From the NCBI GenBank assembly GCA_049967475.1, contig JBMFSQ010000006.1, positions 50,430 through 114,429 of the forward strand: a DNA stretch of 64,000 nucleotides, given 5' to 3'. Positions 18,215 to 28,948 of this stretch are shown in pieces. The position numbers and the translations under genes were made by a program. The notes under the pieces are model-generated. The model was not told the DNA's origin, ran no database searches, and saw only the letters and a program-made list of their open reading frames with translations. This DNA is from Chthonomonadales bacterium (GTDB lineage: Bacteria; Armatimonadota; Chthonomonadetes; Chthonomonadales; CAJBBX01). Numbering within the stretch: the first letter of the stretch is position 1; every line of letters starts with the position of its first letter.

Positions 18215-18778
18215 ATGGGTTTCATCAACGAGTACTTCGCCGGCCTTAAGCGGCTGGTGGACGAGGTCAACGAACAGGAGGTTGTGCGCCTTGTAGAGAA
18301 GCTCGAGCGCATCTGGAGAGAAGGAGGGCACGTGCTGCTCATGGGAAACGGAGGGAGTGCCGCAACAGCCTCTCACATCGTCAACGACCTGCAAAAGTGC
18401 ATCCATTTGGAATCGGGCAAACCGCTCAAGGCGCTGTGCCTTTCGGACTGCACACCCCTCCTGATGGCTTGGGCTAATGACACGGAATACGCCAACATCT
18501 TTGCGCCGCAGGTGGAGTGCTGGGCGGGCCCGGGAGACCTGGCCATCGGGATCAGCGGCAGCGGCAATTCACCCAATGTGATCCGCGGTATCGAAGTGGC
18601 CAATGCCCGAGGGGCGGACACCTTCGGACTGGCAGGGTATCGCGGCGGCAAGCTGGTGCACGTGGCCAAGGAGTGCATCGTCGTGCGCAGTGAAAACATG
18701 CAGCAGATCGAAGACGTGCATATGATCCTGCTCCATACTGCCTTTTCCGCGCTTCGCGACCGCATCCGCACAGCCTGA
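18215..18778 (+). CDS. gmhA: SIS-domain phosphoheptose isomerase-like protein
   Basis: GNGGSAATASH, AND, ISGSGNSPN and IEDVH. Adjacent to a gmhB-like gene. Confidence 0.8.
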   Translation: MGFINEYFAGLKRLVDEVNEQEVVRLVEKLERIWREGGHVLLMGNGGSAATASHIVNDLQKCIHLESGKPLKALCLSDCTPLLMAWANDTEYANIFAPQVECWAGPGDLAIGISGSGNSPNVIRGIEVANARGADTFGLAGYRGGKLVHVAKECIVVRSENMQQIEDVHMILLHTAFSALRDRIRTA

Positions 18779-18786
18779 CGAGGCCA

Positions 18787-19452
18787 ATGAACTTGCGCAC
18801 GCGGGAGCTTGGGCTCGAAAACGAACGGAACGACCCGGAAGGGTTTGATGGGCGGCTGGAGAAGGCATCGGGATCGGCAGAAACGTTGGCCTTGCGCCCC
18901 GCGGTGTTTCTGGACCGGGATGGTGTGCTGAACGCCGAGAGATCGGACTTCATAAAGTGCCCCGCGGAACTAAAAATCTTTCCGTTTGTTGGACGTTCCA
19001 TCGCCCGGCTCAACCAGGCGGGCTATGCGGTTGTAGTGGTCAGCAATCAGAGCGGCCTTGCCCGCGGCCTTTTCTCGACGGAGGATTTGGCAGCCATGGA
19101 ACGCAAGCTCCGCCGCAATGTAGACCGTGCAGGCGGGCACATCGAAGGGTTCTATTACTGCCCGCATCTTCCCCAGGCCGGCTGCCAGTGCAGGAAGCCC
19201 GCACCGGGAATGCTTCTTCAGGCAGCGCGCGAGTTGCGCCTGGACCTCGCTCGGAGCTTTATGATCGGGGATCGGCCCCATGACATTCAGGCCGGTGCGG
19301 AAGCCGGCTGCCGGACCGTCCTCGTGCTTACGGGCCGCACTTCGTGCGCCGATCTGAAGGAGTTTGGGGTGCTGCCCGGCGCCGTTTGTACCACGCTCGC
19401 TTCTGCTGTGGAGGGCATACTGGCAGGTCCCTTCGCCGGGGACCGGAGCTGA
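18787..19452 (+). CDS. gmhB: Heptose 1,7-bisphosphate phosphatase-like HAD enzyme
   Basis: FLDRDGVLN, VSNQSG, CPH...CQCRKP and MIGD. Confidence 0.88.
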   Translation: MNLRTRELGLENERNDPEGFDGRLEKASGSAETLALRPAVFLDRDGVLNAERSDFIKCPAELKIFPFVGRSIARLNQAGYAVVVVSNQSGLARGLFSTEDLAAMERKLRRNVDRAGGHIEGFYYCPHLPQAGCQCRKPAPGMLLQAARELRLDLARSFMIGDRPHDIQAGAEAGCRTVLVLTGRTSCADLKEFGVLPGAVCTTLASAVEGILAGPFAGDRS

Positions 19453-19551
19453 GCGAATGCCCGTGTGGGGCACGCCTGGCTGCGCGTGGTTCACCCGAGG
19501 TATAATCATATCAGACACCGGTAACGGCGTGTGCGGAGAGAGGTTCAAGCG

Positions 19552-20448
19552 ATGGAAGTGCTGGAAGCGCAGAAGGCTACCTGGCGAACCAAGGTAGGCC
19601 TTGCGGAGATGCTGAAGGGCGGCGTCATCATGGATGTGGTGACGCCCGAGCATGCTGTGATCGCAGAAGAGGCCGGAGCCGTCGCCGTGATGGCTCTTGA
19701 ACGCGTTCCGGCGGATATCCGGGCGACGGGCGGCGTGGCCCGCATGTCGGATCCGAAGATGATCAAGGAGATCATGCAGGCCGTAACCATCCCCGTGATG
19801 GCGAAGGCGCGCATCGGTCACTTCGTGGAAGCGCAGATCCTCGAAGCCCTTGGTGTGGATTTCATAGATGAGAGCGAGGTGCTCACGCCGGCCGACGAAC
19901 AGTTCCACATCAACAAGCACGCGTTCAAAGTTCCCTTTGTGTGCGGCTGCCGCGATTTGGGTGAAGCATTGCGGCGCATCGGCGAAGGCGCAGCGATGAT
20001 CCGCACGAAGGGCGAAGCCGGCACGGGAAATGTGGTGGAAGCCGTCCGCCACATGCGCGCCGTGATGGGAGGCATCCGCCGGCTTCAATCCATGCCTGAA
20101 GAAGAGCTCATGACGGCCGCCAAGGAACTACAGGCCCCTTACGACCTTGTGGTGGAGGTGCATCGCACCGGCAAGTTGCCCGTTCCCAACTTCTCCGCAG
20201 GAGGGATTGCTACGCCTGCGGATGCCGCGCTCATGCGGCAACTCGGCGCAGAAGCAATCTTCGTGGGATCGGGCATCTTCAAATCCTCGGATCCCAAGGC
20301 GCGTGCTAAGGCCATCGTCACCGCGTGCACCTATTACGATCGGCCCGACATCCTCGCAGAGGTGTCTACCGGGTTGGGTGAGGCGATGCAATCGCTGGAC
20401 GTGCGGAAGCTGGACGAGAAAGAGCTCATGGCCGTGAGGGGCTGGTGA
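19552..20448 (+). CDS. pdxS: Pyridoxal 5'-phosphate synthase lyase subunit
   Basis: [49 protein letters not shown] and terminal RGW. TATAAT at 19501-19506. Confidence 0.98.
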   Translation: MEVLEAQKATWRTKVGLAEMLKGGVIMDVVTPEHAVIAEEAGAVAVMALERVPADIRATGGVARMSDPKMIKEIMQAVTIPVMAKARIGHFVEAQILEALGVDFIDESEVLTPADEQFHINKHAFKVPFVCGCRDLGEALRRIGEGAAMIRTKGEAGTGNVVEAVRHMRAVMGGIRRLQSMPEEELMTAAKELQAPYDLVVEVHRTGKLPVPNFSAGGIATPADAALMRQLGAEAIFVGSGIFKSSDPKARAKAIVTACTYYDRPDILAEVSTGLGEAMQSLDVRKLDEKELMAVRGW

Positions 20449-21488
20449 TGCCGCGCTTCGCGGGGGTGTTACGCCCAGCGGTATGGCGTACCCTTATCGC
20501 CGTGCCTGCCCTCGCGGCCGCCAGCGCGGCGATCCACGCGGCGCCGGGTGCCCAGCCAAAACCGATTGTGGTGCGGGTGATGGTTCTCAACTTCGACCCG
20601 CGAATTCCCTTCGAGGGCGGCCGCCGGCTCCACGAGGTATGCCACTGGAACGATCCCCGCAAACTGGCGGAAGGGTATATGCAGGACGTAAAGGAGGCAA
20701 GCCACGGCCTCGTGCGCTACCGCATCGTTCGGTGGCTGGATGTGGATGCATTCCACACGAAGGTAGACGGTTTCACCTATACCCCTGAAGAGTTCATGGC
20801 GTGCTACCGGGCCGGCAAGGGATGGCATCAACCCGACGCGGCAGATTATCCCAAGACCTTCCGCGACTTCGGCGTGCTGCCCCTGGTGGATGCCCACAAG
20901 GTGGACGAGGTGTGGTTTTTCGGCGCCCCGTACTTCGGGTACAGCGAGTCGGCCATGGCCGGGCCCGGCGCGTTCTACATCAATGGAGAGGTCTACCCGA
21001 ACGTTCCCTCCAAGCGCGCCTTCGCGATCATGGGCTTCAACTATGAGCGCGGCGTGGCAGAGATGCTTCATGACCTCTGCCACCGTACGGAGAGCACCAT
21101 GACGCGCATTTATGGCGGATGGGAGGCAGATCGCCTCACCACCAACTGGGCGCGATTTGCGGCAAACGATGTTCAGTCCCACGGTGTAGCGGCCGTGGGT
21201 ACGTGCCATTGGCCTCCGAATGCGGAACATGATTACGATTACGCCAACCCACGCATCGTACAAAGTTCCGCGGACGATTGGCTGAACTATCCGCATCTCT
21301 CCGGCTCGACGAAGCCCGTGTCTTGTGCCACATGGGGAGGCCCCGACTATCAGCGCAATTATATGAAATGGTGGTTCTTCCACTTGCCCCATACCGCCGG
21401 CGTCAATTCTGATGGCCGCCTCAACAATTGGTGGGAGTACGTCTTCAACTTCAACAAATACGATGAACAAGGGCGGCCCCGCCCGTAG
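20445..21488 (+). CDS. Secreted uncharacterised protein (possible zincin-like metalloprotein)
   Basis: Signal-peptide-like N-terminus ([18 protein letters not shown]). Trp/Tyr-rich. Contains [21 protein letters not shown]. Start overlaps the pdxS stop. Confidence 0.7.
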   Translation: MMPRFAGVLRPAVWRTLIAVPALAAASAAIHAAPGAQPKPIVVRVMVLNFDPRIPFEGGRRLHEVCHWNDPRKLAEGYMQDVKEASHGLVRYRIVRWLDVDAFHTKVDGFTYTPEEFMACYRAGKGWHQPDAADYPKTFRDFGVLPLVDAHKVDEVWFFGAPYFGYSESAMAGPGAFYINGEVYPNVPSKRAFAIMGFNYERGVAEMLHDLCHRTESTMTRIYGGWEADRLTTNWARFAANDVQSHGVAAVGTCHWPPNAEHDYDYANPRIVQSSADDWLNYPHLSGSTKPVSCATWGGPDYQRNYMKWWFFHLPHTAGVNSDGRLNNWWEYVFNFNKYDEQGRPRP

Positions 21489-21541
21489 AGGCGCACCACT
21501 GCCGTACCCGCGCCGCAGCCTGAACACGAGGTGGTTCTCGC

Positions 21542-24229
21542 ATGAACAATGAACGCTCCGGCCAGCCTTTGACGCCTTCCAGCGTCCCAGAGCCCCAAAG
21601 GTATCAGGCGTACGTCGTGTCCCATACCCATTGGGATCGGGAATGGTACTGTACGTTCCAGGTGTTCCGGATGCGCCTCGTTCAGATGATGGACGAGTTG
21701 CTGGACTTGCTGGACCGCGATCCTGAGTACCGGCATTTCTATTGGGATGGGCAAACCGTTGTGATCTCCGATTACCTCGAGGTGCGTCCGGAGAATGCGG
21801 AGCGGCTCCGGCGGGCATTCGCATCCGGCAGGCTCTATACAGGTCCGTGGTTCATACAGCCGGACGAATTCCTGGTGAGCGGCGAGGCCATCATCCGGAA
21901 CCTGTTGCGTGGCCGATCCGATTGCCGGGCATGGGGAACAGGAGCGGCTGTGGGTTATGCTCCCGATGCCTTCGGCCACACGAGCCAGATGCCGCAGATC
22001 CTCAGAGGCTTCGGGATAGATAACGCGGTTCTCTTCCGCGGCGTTACCACCGATCAGGTGGATGCAGAGTTCTTGTGGCGCGCACCCGACGGCAGCGAAG
22101 TTCTTTGCATCAAGATGCCGGATAACAACGCCTACAGCAACTTCTTCTACCGCTTCCGGGACACGCTGGCGGACACGGATCGGGGCGTGCCCCTGGATCC
22201 GGAGCGCGTGGCCCGTGAAGCCCGCGAGCTTCTGGAGGATTGCATCCGTGAGCGACCCACCACTCCAAACCTCCTCTGGATGGATGGCGTGGATCATATC
22301 TTTGCTCAACCTAGAACGCCGGAGATCATCAGGCTTGTGAACGAGCGACTGGGGGATCGGGTGCATGCGCTTCATTCGACGCTCCCCGCGTTTGTCGAGG
22401 CGGTGAAGGCAGCCGGTCCCACGCTGAAGACGCTGGAAGGCGAACTGAGGATGAGCAACCGGGCGTGGAAATTGCAGGCTTTGCTTGCGCATACGGCGTC
22501 CTCCCGAATGCATCTCAAACAGCTCAACCACGCCTGCGAGACGCTTCTGGAGAAATGGGTAGAACCTTGGTGTTCCATTGGGTGGGTGCTCGGCCGCGAG
22601 TATCCCGCCGGGCTTTTGGGCGAGGCGTGGCGCCAGCTTCTTCTCAATCAGCCCCACGATTCGATCTGCGGGTGTTCGGTGGACGCCGTACACCGAGATA
22701 TGCTTCCTCGCTACGAGCAATGCCGGCAGATCGGGCACAAACTTGCAGCAGATGCCCTTGATTGGATTGCCGGCCGGGTGGACACGCAGCGTCAATCCCC
22801 GCCGGATGCGACGAGCGCCCTCATTGTATTCAATCCCCTTGCGTGGGATCGAGAGGGCGAAGAGGTCGAGGCCGTGGTGGAGCTTCCGCATGATGGAGTG
22901 GTCGAAGATCTCACCGTTCTGGACGCCGAGGGCTGCCAAGTGCCGTCTGCGGTTGAGCGTCTTCAGGATTGCGTTAGGCTGACCCAAGCACCGCACGACA
23001 TTCCCGTCGCGGCCGGCCTGCGGCGGTGGCGCGTCCGCTTTCTTGCCGGTGCGCCTTCCCTCGGATATCGCGCCTACTACCTGGCCGGCGGATCCGGGCA
23101 AACGGCGGAGGGTCTCACCGCCGAGGGCAATGTCATCGAGAACGCGACGTTGCGGGTGGAGGCGAAGGGAGACGGAACGGTGACCCTCCTTCACAAAGCT
23201 ACTGGGAGGGTATTTGAAGGAGCTTTTGCCTTCGAAGACGGCGGAGACGTTGGCGACGGATATAATTACGTTCCGCCGGCGCAGGACCGTGTGCTTCTCT
23301 CCTCGGCCGCCGTGGAAGCCCGCATCGAGGCGCGACGAAGGCCCACGCGCGCCGACTTGAGTATCCAATTCGATTTTGCGGTACCGGCGCGGCATGAGGA
23401 TGATGGGCGTTCTACAGACACAGAGGCACTGATGATCTCCCTCACCCTGACCCTGCTCCCCACATCGCCGCGGCTGGATGCCCGCATTGACGTGGTGAAC
23501 CGGGCGAAGGACCATCGCCTCCGCGTGCTGTTTCCATCGGGGTGTATACACGCGGCCACCTATGCGGTGGAACAGGCCTTCGATATCGTGACGCGGCCCG
23601 TAACGATACCGGATTGCCCAGATTGGAAGGAACCCATTCCCCGTACCGGGCCCCAGAAAACCTTCGTGGATGTGGAAGATGCCTCCGGTGGTCTTTGCGT
23701 GATCAATATGGGTCTTCCTGAAGTGGAGGTCATGGATGACGTGCATCGGACTGTTGCGGTGACGCTCCTAAGGTGCACCGGTCATGGTGTGGGTGCTCCG
23801 GAGGATCAGGAAGAAGGACAGATGTTGGGGCGGCACGTTTTTCACCTCTCCCTGCTGCCCCACACCCAGGGGAGGGAAGATCAGCGGATTTGGCGCCATG
23901 CCCACGCCTTCAATGCCGGATTGCAGTGCCGCCAAACGGGCATCCATGGAGGGCAGTGGGGCTCAGAACGGTCCTTCCTCCGATGCGACCCGGCAGATCT
24001 TGTTGTGACCGCCGTCAAGCGAAGCGAAGATGGGCACTCGCTGGTGGTGCGGGCGGTGAATTACGGATCCGGCACTGCGCACGGGGCATTGCGCACGAGT
24101 TTGCCCGTGCAGGGCGCCTCGTCAGGGCGCTTGGACGAAACGACGGTTGCGCCGCTCGAGTTTGGCGAAGGTGTGGTTCGAATGACGGTGCCCACCCGGC
24201 GCATCGTCACTCTGCTGCTCGCGCATTAG
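21542..24229 (+). CDS. Glycoside hydrolase family 38 (alpha-mannosidase-like)
   Basis: SHTHWDREWY, DGQ, DAFGH, QMPQI and HDSICGCSVD. No signal peptide seen. Confidence 0.93.
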   Translation: MNNERSGQPLTPSSVPEPQRYQAYVVSHTHWDREWYCTFQVFRMRLVQMMDELLDLLDRDPEYRHFYWDGQTVVISDYLEVRPENAERLRRAFASGRLYTGPWFIQPDEFLVSGEAIIRNLLRGRSDCRAWGTGAAVGYAPDAFGHTSQMPQILRGFGIDNAVLFRGVTTDQVDAEFLWRAPDGSEVLCIKMPDNNAYSNFFYRFRDTLADTDRGVPLDPERVAREARELLEDCIRERPTTPNLLWMDGVDHIFAQPRTPEIIRLVNERLGDRVHALHSTLPAFVEAVKAAGPTLKTLEGELRMSNRAWKLQALLAHTASSRMHLKQLNHACETLLEKWVEPWCSIGWVLGREYPAGLLGEAWRQLLLNQPHDSICGCSVDAVHRDMLPRYEQCRQIGHKLAADALDWIAGRVDTQRQSPPDATSALIVFNPLAWDREGEEVEAVVELPHDGVVEDLTVLDAEGCQVPSAVERLQDCVRLTQAPHDIPVAAGLRRWRVRFLAGAPSLGYRAYYLAGGSGQTAEGLTAEGNVIENATLRVEAKGDGTVTLLHKATGRVFEGAFAFEDGGDVGDGYNYVPPAQDRVLLSSAAVEARIEARRRPTRADLSIQFDFAVPARHEDDGRSTDTEALMISLTLTLLPTSPRLDARIDVVNRAKDHRLRVLFPSGCIHAATYAVEQAFDIVTRPVTIPDCPDWKEPIPRTGPQKTFVDVEDASGGLCVINMGLPEVEVMDDVHRTVAVTLLRCTGHGVGAPEDQEEGQMLGRHVFHLSLLPHTQGREDQRIWRHAHAFNAGLQCRQTGIHGGQWGSERSFLRCDPADLVVTAVKRSEDGHSLVVRAVNYGSGTAHGALRTSLPVQGASSGRLDETTVAPLEFGEGVVRMTVPTRRIVTLLLAH

Positions 24230-24247
24230 CGTACCCTGTAGGCCGCC

Positions 24248-26674
24248 ATGGGATCTTCCAGCCGCCGTGATCTCTTTTGTGTGGTTCTTCTTGCGGCGGC
24301 AACGTGTGCCCTGTGGGGCCCTGCCATCATTACCGGGCGGGTGCTGTTGCCGGCGGACATCGTTCCCCTCATGCCTCCGTGGGCAGCCACTGCCCGCGAG
24401 CGTTTTCCCGAATACCGGTTTGCCCAGAACCAGCTCCACGGACCTATCTTCGAATACTACTCGTGGCGTTATTACGCGCGCCAGCGTCTGCGGCTAGGCG
24501 AGATCCCCCTTTGGAACCCTTACGAACTTACCGGCAATGTTCTTCTGGCCAACAGTCAATCCGCCGTTCTGTATCCCCCCAACATCCTGCTGGATGTGCT
24601 TCCGCTGTGGGTGGGTGTGAACCTGGTAACGGCCCTCCACACATTCCTGACCGGGCTCTTCCTTTTTGCCTTCCTCCGAGGATTGGGTCTTTCTCGCCCG
24701 GCATCCCTAACGGGCGCCCTCGTTTGGATGTTCTGCGGCCTGCAGATCGTGTGGACCGAATTCCAGACGCCTACCGCGGCGCTCTGCTGGATGCCCGCAA
24801 TGCTGTTGGCTTGGCAGCGATACCTTCGCACGCGCGATCCGAAATGGGCAGTTCTTGGGGGCGGGGGCGCCATCGCACTCTCATTGCTGGCCGGCCACTT
24901 GCAATTCACGTTTTATGCAGTGCTGGCCTTTGTGCTCTACGGAATAGGCACCAGTCTTCTCGACGCACAGCACAACCGGACCGGCGGTCCTGTGCGCAGG
25001 GCGGCGCTGGGAGTGTGGTGGACGGGTGCGGCGGTGCTGTTCGGAATGGCTCTTTCCATGGCAACGATGCTTCCGGTGATGGAAATGAGCCGGATGAACT
25101 TCCGCGGTTCAGACACGAGCTATCGCGCATCCATTGCGTTGCGGCTTCCTCCCGAGAACCTGTTCATGCTCGTTCAACCGAACCTTTTCGGCAACCCGCG
25201 CGATTATGCGGAATTGGATGCCGAGGGACGGCCTGCGGACGGTCATCCCTATTGGGGCTCCTTCGACTTCATTGAATATACGGCGTACTTGGGCATCCCT
25301 GGCCTCATGCTGGCTCTCATCGGAGCCGTGGTACAGGGCACCCGTTCGCCCGCTGATCGGGCGCTGATGGTTCTGCTTGCATTGCTTGGCCTGGCTCTTG
25401 CTTTGGGGACCCCCATATGTGCGCTCTTCTACTACGGCGTGCCGGGATATAGGCAGTTCCATGCCACTGCACGAGCGCTCTGCCTGTTCAGCTTTGGCGG
25501 GGCAGCGCTTGCCGCCTTCGGGGTTGAAGCCATCCAGACACGCCTTGGCGCCTGGAACCGCCGTATGGTTGCCGCTGCGCTGGGGAGTGTGGTGGTGGCC
25601 GGCATGGTGGCATTCCCGGGTATGGGCCTGGTTTGGCGGCGTCTGTTCACAGATCAGTGGTTCTATTATGAGATCGCCGGCGCCGAGCGGTTTGCGGCAT
25701 TCGCCTTGCTCGCCATTGGACTGATTGCTGCCGCCCTTAGTCTTAAAAATGATCGGGCGCGCCGCGCAGTGCTCTGGCTGCTGCCTGTACTCTGTGCCGC
25801 TGATCTCTTGGCCTGGGGATGGCGCTTCAATCCGGCCACGGATCCCGGCATGCTCGGATATCCCACGCAGACGACGGATTTCCTGAAGCAGGCAGGGGCA
25901 GATCGTGTGGTGTCTCTTGAAACGCCGGGAAGGGGCATCAAGAGCTTCATTGTGCCCAACTATAACGCAGTCTGCGGCTACCGCGAGATCCAGGGGGCGG
26001 ATTCGTTGCATACATCTCTCATCCATCGCGTCCTGGAGCATGTGGTACGGGCCATGGATCCTTCGAGGAACCCGCCTTTCCCCGATCCCAACACCCTCCA
26101 TGTGCCGTCCGTCACCAATCCGCTCTTCGACCTGCTGAATATGAAGTACGTGGTAACCCAGTCCAATCTGGATCCCGCGCGCTTCCCCAAGGTTTTGGAT
26201 GCCGAGATGGCCATCTACCGCAATCCTCGAGCCCTCGGACCGGCGTGGGTAGTGAACCGGGAGGAACCCGAGACGAATCTAGACGCCGCGTTGGACCGGA
26301 TCACGAGTGCAGACTTCGACCCTCGCCATACGGCTCTCGTAAGCGGGAGGGCCGGCCCTTTAGACCCCAATGCGGCACAGGCGCAGGTGAGGCTGGTCCG
26401 TTTCGCGCCGCACCGGTTGGAGATGGATGTGTCGTTGCCGGGACGGGGCTTGCTCGTGGTGTCTGAGCCTTTCTTCCCAGGATGGCGGGCTACCGTAGAT
26501 GGGCATGCCGCAGGTATCCTGAGAGTAGATGTCCTTCTGCGGGGGGTTGAAGTAGGGCCGGGCCGGCATCGGGTCGTACTGGTCTATGACCCGATATCGT
26601 ATCGGCTTGGGCTTTATATCAGCCTCTGCGCTCTAGGAGCAGCGCTTTGCTGGATGACCTTTAGAGGCAGGTAA
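24248..26674 (+). CDS. YfhO-family multi-TM membrane protein (GT-C-like)
   Basis: GEIPLWNPY...G...LAN, many TM helices, LLAGHLQ, and C-terminal LVVSEPFFPGWRATVDG...GRHRVVLVYDP. Confidence 0.85.
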   Translation: MGSSSRRDLFCVVLLAAATCALWGPAIITGRVLLPADIVPLMPPWAATARERFPEYRFAQNQLHGPIFEYYSWRYYARQRLRLGEIPLWNPYELTGNVLLANSQSAVLYPPNILLDVLPLWVGVNLVTALHTFLTGLFLFAFLRGLGLSRPASLTGALVWMFCGLQIVWTEFQTPTAALCWMPAMLLAWQRYLRTRDPKWAVLGGGGAIALSLLAGHLQFTFYAVLAFVLYGIGTSLLDAQHNRTGGPVRRAALGVWWTGAAVLFGMALSMATMLPVMEMSRMNFRGSDTSYRASIALRLPPENLFMLVQPNLFGNPRDYAELDAEGRPADGHPYWGSFDFIEYTAYLGIPGLMLALIGAVVQGTRSPADRALMVLLALLGLALALGTPICALFYYGVPGYRQFHATARALCLFSFGGAALAAFGVEAIQTRLGAWNRRMVAAALGSVVVAGMVAFPGMGLVWRRLFTDQWFYYEIAGAERFAAFALLAIGLIAAALSLKNDRARRAVLWLLPVLCAADLLAWGWRFNPATDPGMLGYPTQTTDFLKQAGADRVVSLETPGRGIKSFIVPNYNAVCGYREIQGADSLHTSLIHRVLEHVVRAMDPSRNPPFPDPNTLHVPSVTNPLFDLLNMKYVVTQSNLDPARFPKVLDAEMAIYRNPRALGPAWVVNREEPETNLDAALDRITSADFDPRHTALVSGRAGPLDPNAAQAQVRLVRFAPHRLEMDVSLPGRGLLVVSEPFFPGWRATVDGHAAGILRVDVLLRGVEVGPGRHRVVLVYDPISYRLGLYISLCALGAALCWMTFRGR

Positions 26675-26791
26675 GTTCGGCGGAGCTGAGCGTACCGGTG
26701 TGGTCGGCAGGAGGTAGAAGGAACTCGACGATATGCTGGTGGCTGGGTCCGACGATATTCAGCCAGGCAGAGGAGGAGACGGAGCAGAGCA

Positions 26792-28948
26792 ATGGCACTG
26801 GAATTGTTGGAGGATCTTTGGAACGACGCTGAAGCAGCGGGATTGGACGAGCCCGAACTGCTGCGATACCGCTCCAATCTTTTGGGAAGAGACCTGCGCC
26901 TCACGAACTTTGGCGGCGGGAACACTTCGGCCAAAGTGCCGATGGCAGACCCCGTAACGGGTGGCACGGTGGAAGTCCTGTGGGTAAAGGGGAGTGGAGG
27001 CGACTTGGGCACCATCACCCGGGAAGGCTTCGCTACGCTCTACATGGACCGTTTGCGGGCTCTGCGGGCGCGTTACCGAGGTGTTGAAGAAGAGGACGCC
27101 ATGGCTTTGATGTATCCCCTCTGCACGTTCGGCGCCAATCCGCGGGCTGCGTCTATTGACACACCCCTCCATGCGTTCCTGCCGTTCCGGCACGTAGATC
27201 ATCTCCATCCCGATTGGGCGATTGCGCTGGCGGCTGCGGCCAACGGCCAGGCACACTTGGAGAGGCTGTATGCGGAAACCGGCGTTCGGCTGCGCTGGAT
27301 CCCCTGGAAGCGGCCAGGCTTCGAGCTTGCGGTGTGGCTCGAGCGGGCCATTCAAGAGGATCCCGCAGCGGACGGCTTCCTTCTGGCATCTCATGGTCTG
27401 TTCACCTGGGGCGATACCGCGCGCGACAGCTACCGCAACACCCTTAGGGTGCTGGATGCCGTCGGGCGATATGTCACAAGACGGGTGGACGCGCGGGCTT
27501 CGCGCCTTTTCGGTGGGGCGAGCGTCGCCGTACGATCCGATGCGACGGCCCTGGTCCGTGCGGTGGTCCCGGCACTCCGCGGCCGAATGGGAGGGCCCAT
27601 AGCTCATTTCGACGGGCGGCCGGAGGTTTTGCGTTTCGTGAACAGCGTGCGGGCGAAGGCCCTGGCTTGGCAGGGAACGAGCTGCCCGGACCACTTTGTG
27701 CGCACGAAGGTTCGGCCTTTGTTTGTGGAGTGGGACGCTGCCTCGGGAGATGGCGCCCGCCTCCTGCGCGCAGCGCTCGCCGGCCTCGACGCTTACCGCT
27801 TGGAGTACGCCGCATACTACGAGGCGCATCGGAGGCCGGATAGCCCGCCCATGCGTTCTGCCGACCCTACCGTGGTGCTGATCCCAGGCGTTGGGATGCT
27901 CAGCTTTGGGCGCTCCAAGCCCGAGGCGCGCATCACTGGGGAGTTCTACGTGAATGCAATCCATGTGATGGAGGGGGCCACTTCCCTCGCGGATGAGGGC
28001 GGCGGGGATGCGCCGGGAATTGTGGATAATTACGTGGCATTGCCGCCGGAAGAAGCCTTCAACATCGAATATTGGAGCTTGGAGGAAGCGAAGCTCCGGA
28101 GGCTTCCGCCTGAGAAGGAACTCAGCCGCAAAATCGCGCTGGTAGTGGGGGCGAGCCCCGGCATTGGCCGTGCCATCTGTCAGCGCCTTGCAAAAGAAGG
28201 GGCGCACGTGGTAGCGGCGGACGTAAACCCTCGCATGGCTGAGGCGGCCGCGGAAGCCGCCCAGGCCGTGGCTGGAAAGGAAGCCGCGGCAGCAATGCAA
28301 GTGGATGCCACGGACCGCAGATCGGTAACGGAACTGTTGGACCGGGTGGTAGCCCTGTTCGGAGGCGTGGATATTTTTGTGTACGTGGCTGCGGTATTCT
28401 TCCCTCCTGCTGAGAATGGCCGTACTACCGACGACGAATGGCGGAAGACGCTGGATGTGAACCTCACCGGGGCCATGATTGTTGCGGACGAGACCTGGCG
28501 CGTGATGGCGGAACAGGGCACTGACGGATCCGTGGTGTTCATCAGCTCGGCCAACGGTGTCGTCGCCAAACGGGGAAGCTGGGCCTACGATGTGAGCAAG
28601 GCAGCCCTCAACCACTTGACACGAGAAATGGCGATTGAATGCGCTCCCAGGGTCCGTGTGAACGCCGTCGCTCCAGCCAGCGTGGTTGATGGGTCGGTTC
28701 AGTTCCCTCGGGAGCGCGTGATCAGCTCGCTATCCAAGTACAATATCCCCTTCGACCCGGCAGAGACTACAGAACAGCTCCGGAATCGGCTGGCGGACTA
28801 CTACGCGGGCCGCAGCCTGCTCAAACGCAGGGTAACGCCGGCTGATGTCGCCGAGGCGGTGTTTCTCGTGGCGTCCGGGCGGCTGGCGGCCACAACCGGG
28901 CAGATTATCCCCGTGGACGGCGGGCTGACTGAGGCATTCCTGCGATGA
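26792..28948 (+). CDS. Bifunctional rhamnulose-1-phosphate aldolase / short-chain dehydrogenase (RhaEW/YuxG-like)
   Basis: RSNLLGRD...NFGGGNTSAK, WVKGSGGD, SIDTPLH, DHLHPD, SCPDHF and EYWSLEEAKL. C-terminal SDR with YxxxK (YDVSK). Confidence 0.92.
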   Translation: MALELLEDLWNDAEAAGLDEPELLRYRSNLLGRDLRLTNFGGGNTSAKVPMADPVTGGTVEVLWVKGSGGDLGTITREGFATLYMDRLRALRARYRGVEEEDAMALMYPLCTFGANPRAASIDTPLHAFLPFRHVDHLHPDWAIALAAAANGQAHLERLYAETGVRLRWIPWKRPGFELAVWLERAIQEDPAADGFLLASHGLFTWGDTARDSYRNTLRVLDAVGRYVTRRVDARASRLFGGASVAVRSDATALVRAVVPALRGRMGGPIAHFDGRPEVLRFVNSVRAKALAWQGTSCPDHFVRTKVRPLFVEWDAASGDGARLLRAALAGLDAYRLEYAAYYEAHRRPDSPPMRSADPTVVLIPGVGMLSFGRSKPEARITGEFYVNAIHVMEGATSLADEGGGDAPGIVDNYVALPPEEAFNIEYWSLEEAKLRRLPPEKELSRKIALVVGASPGIGRAICQRLAKEGAHVVAADVNPRMAEAAAEAAQAVAGKEAAAAMQVDATDRRSVTELLDRVVALFGGVDIFVYVAAVFFPPAENGRTTDDEWRKTLDVNLTGAMIVADETWRVMAEQGTDGSVVFISSANGVVAKRGSWAYDVSKAALNHLTREMAIECAPRVRVNAVAPASVVDGSVQFPRERVISSLSKYNIPFDPAETTEQLRNRLADYYAGRSLLKRRVTPADVAEAVFLVASGRLAATTGQIIPVDGGLTEAFLR

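Noticed and set aside
21359..23746. 795-aa minus-strand ORF, and similar long antisense ORFs such as 26759-28615, 20469-21824, 57096-58331 and 61589-62851
   Set aside because: They lie opposite well-supported genes and show no recognisable motifs. Long stop-free antisense frames are expected in high-GC coding DNA.
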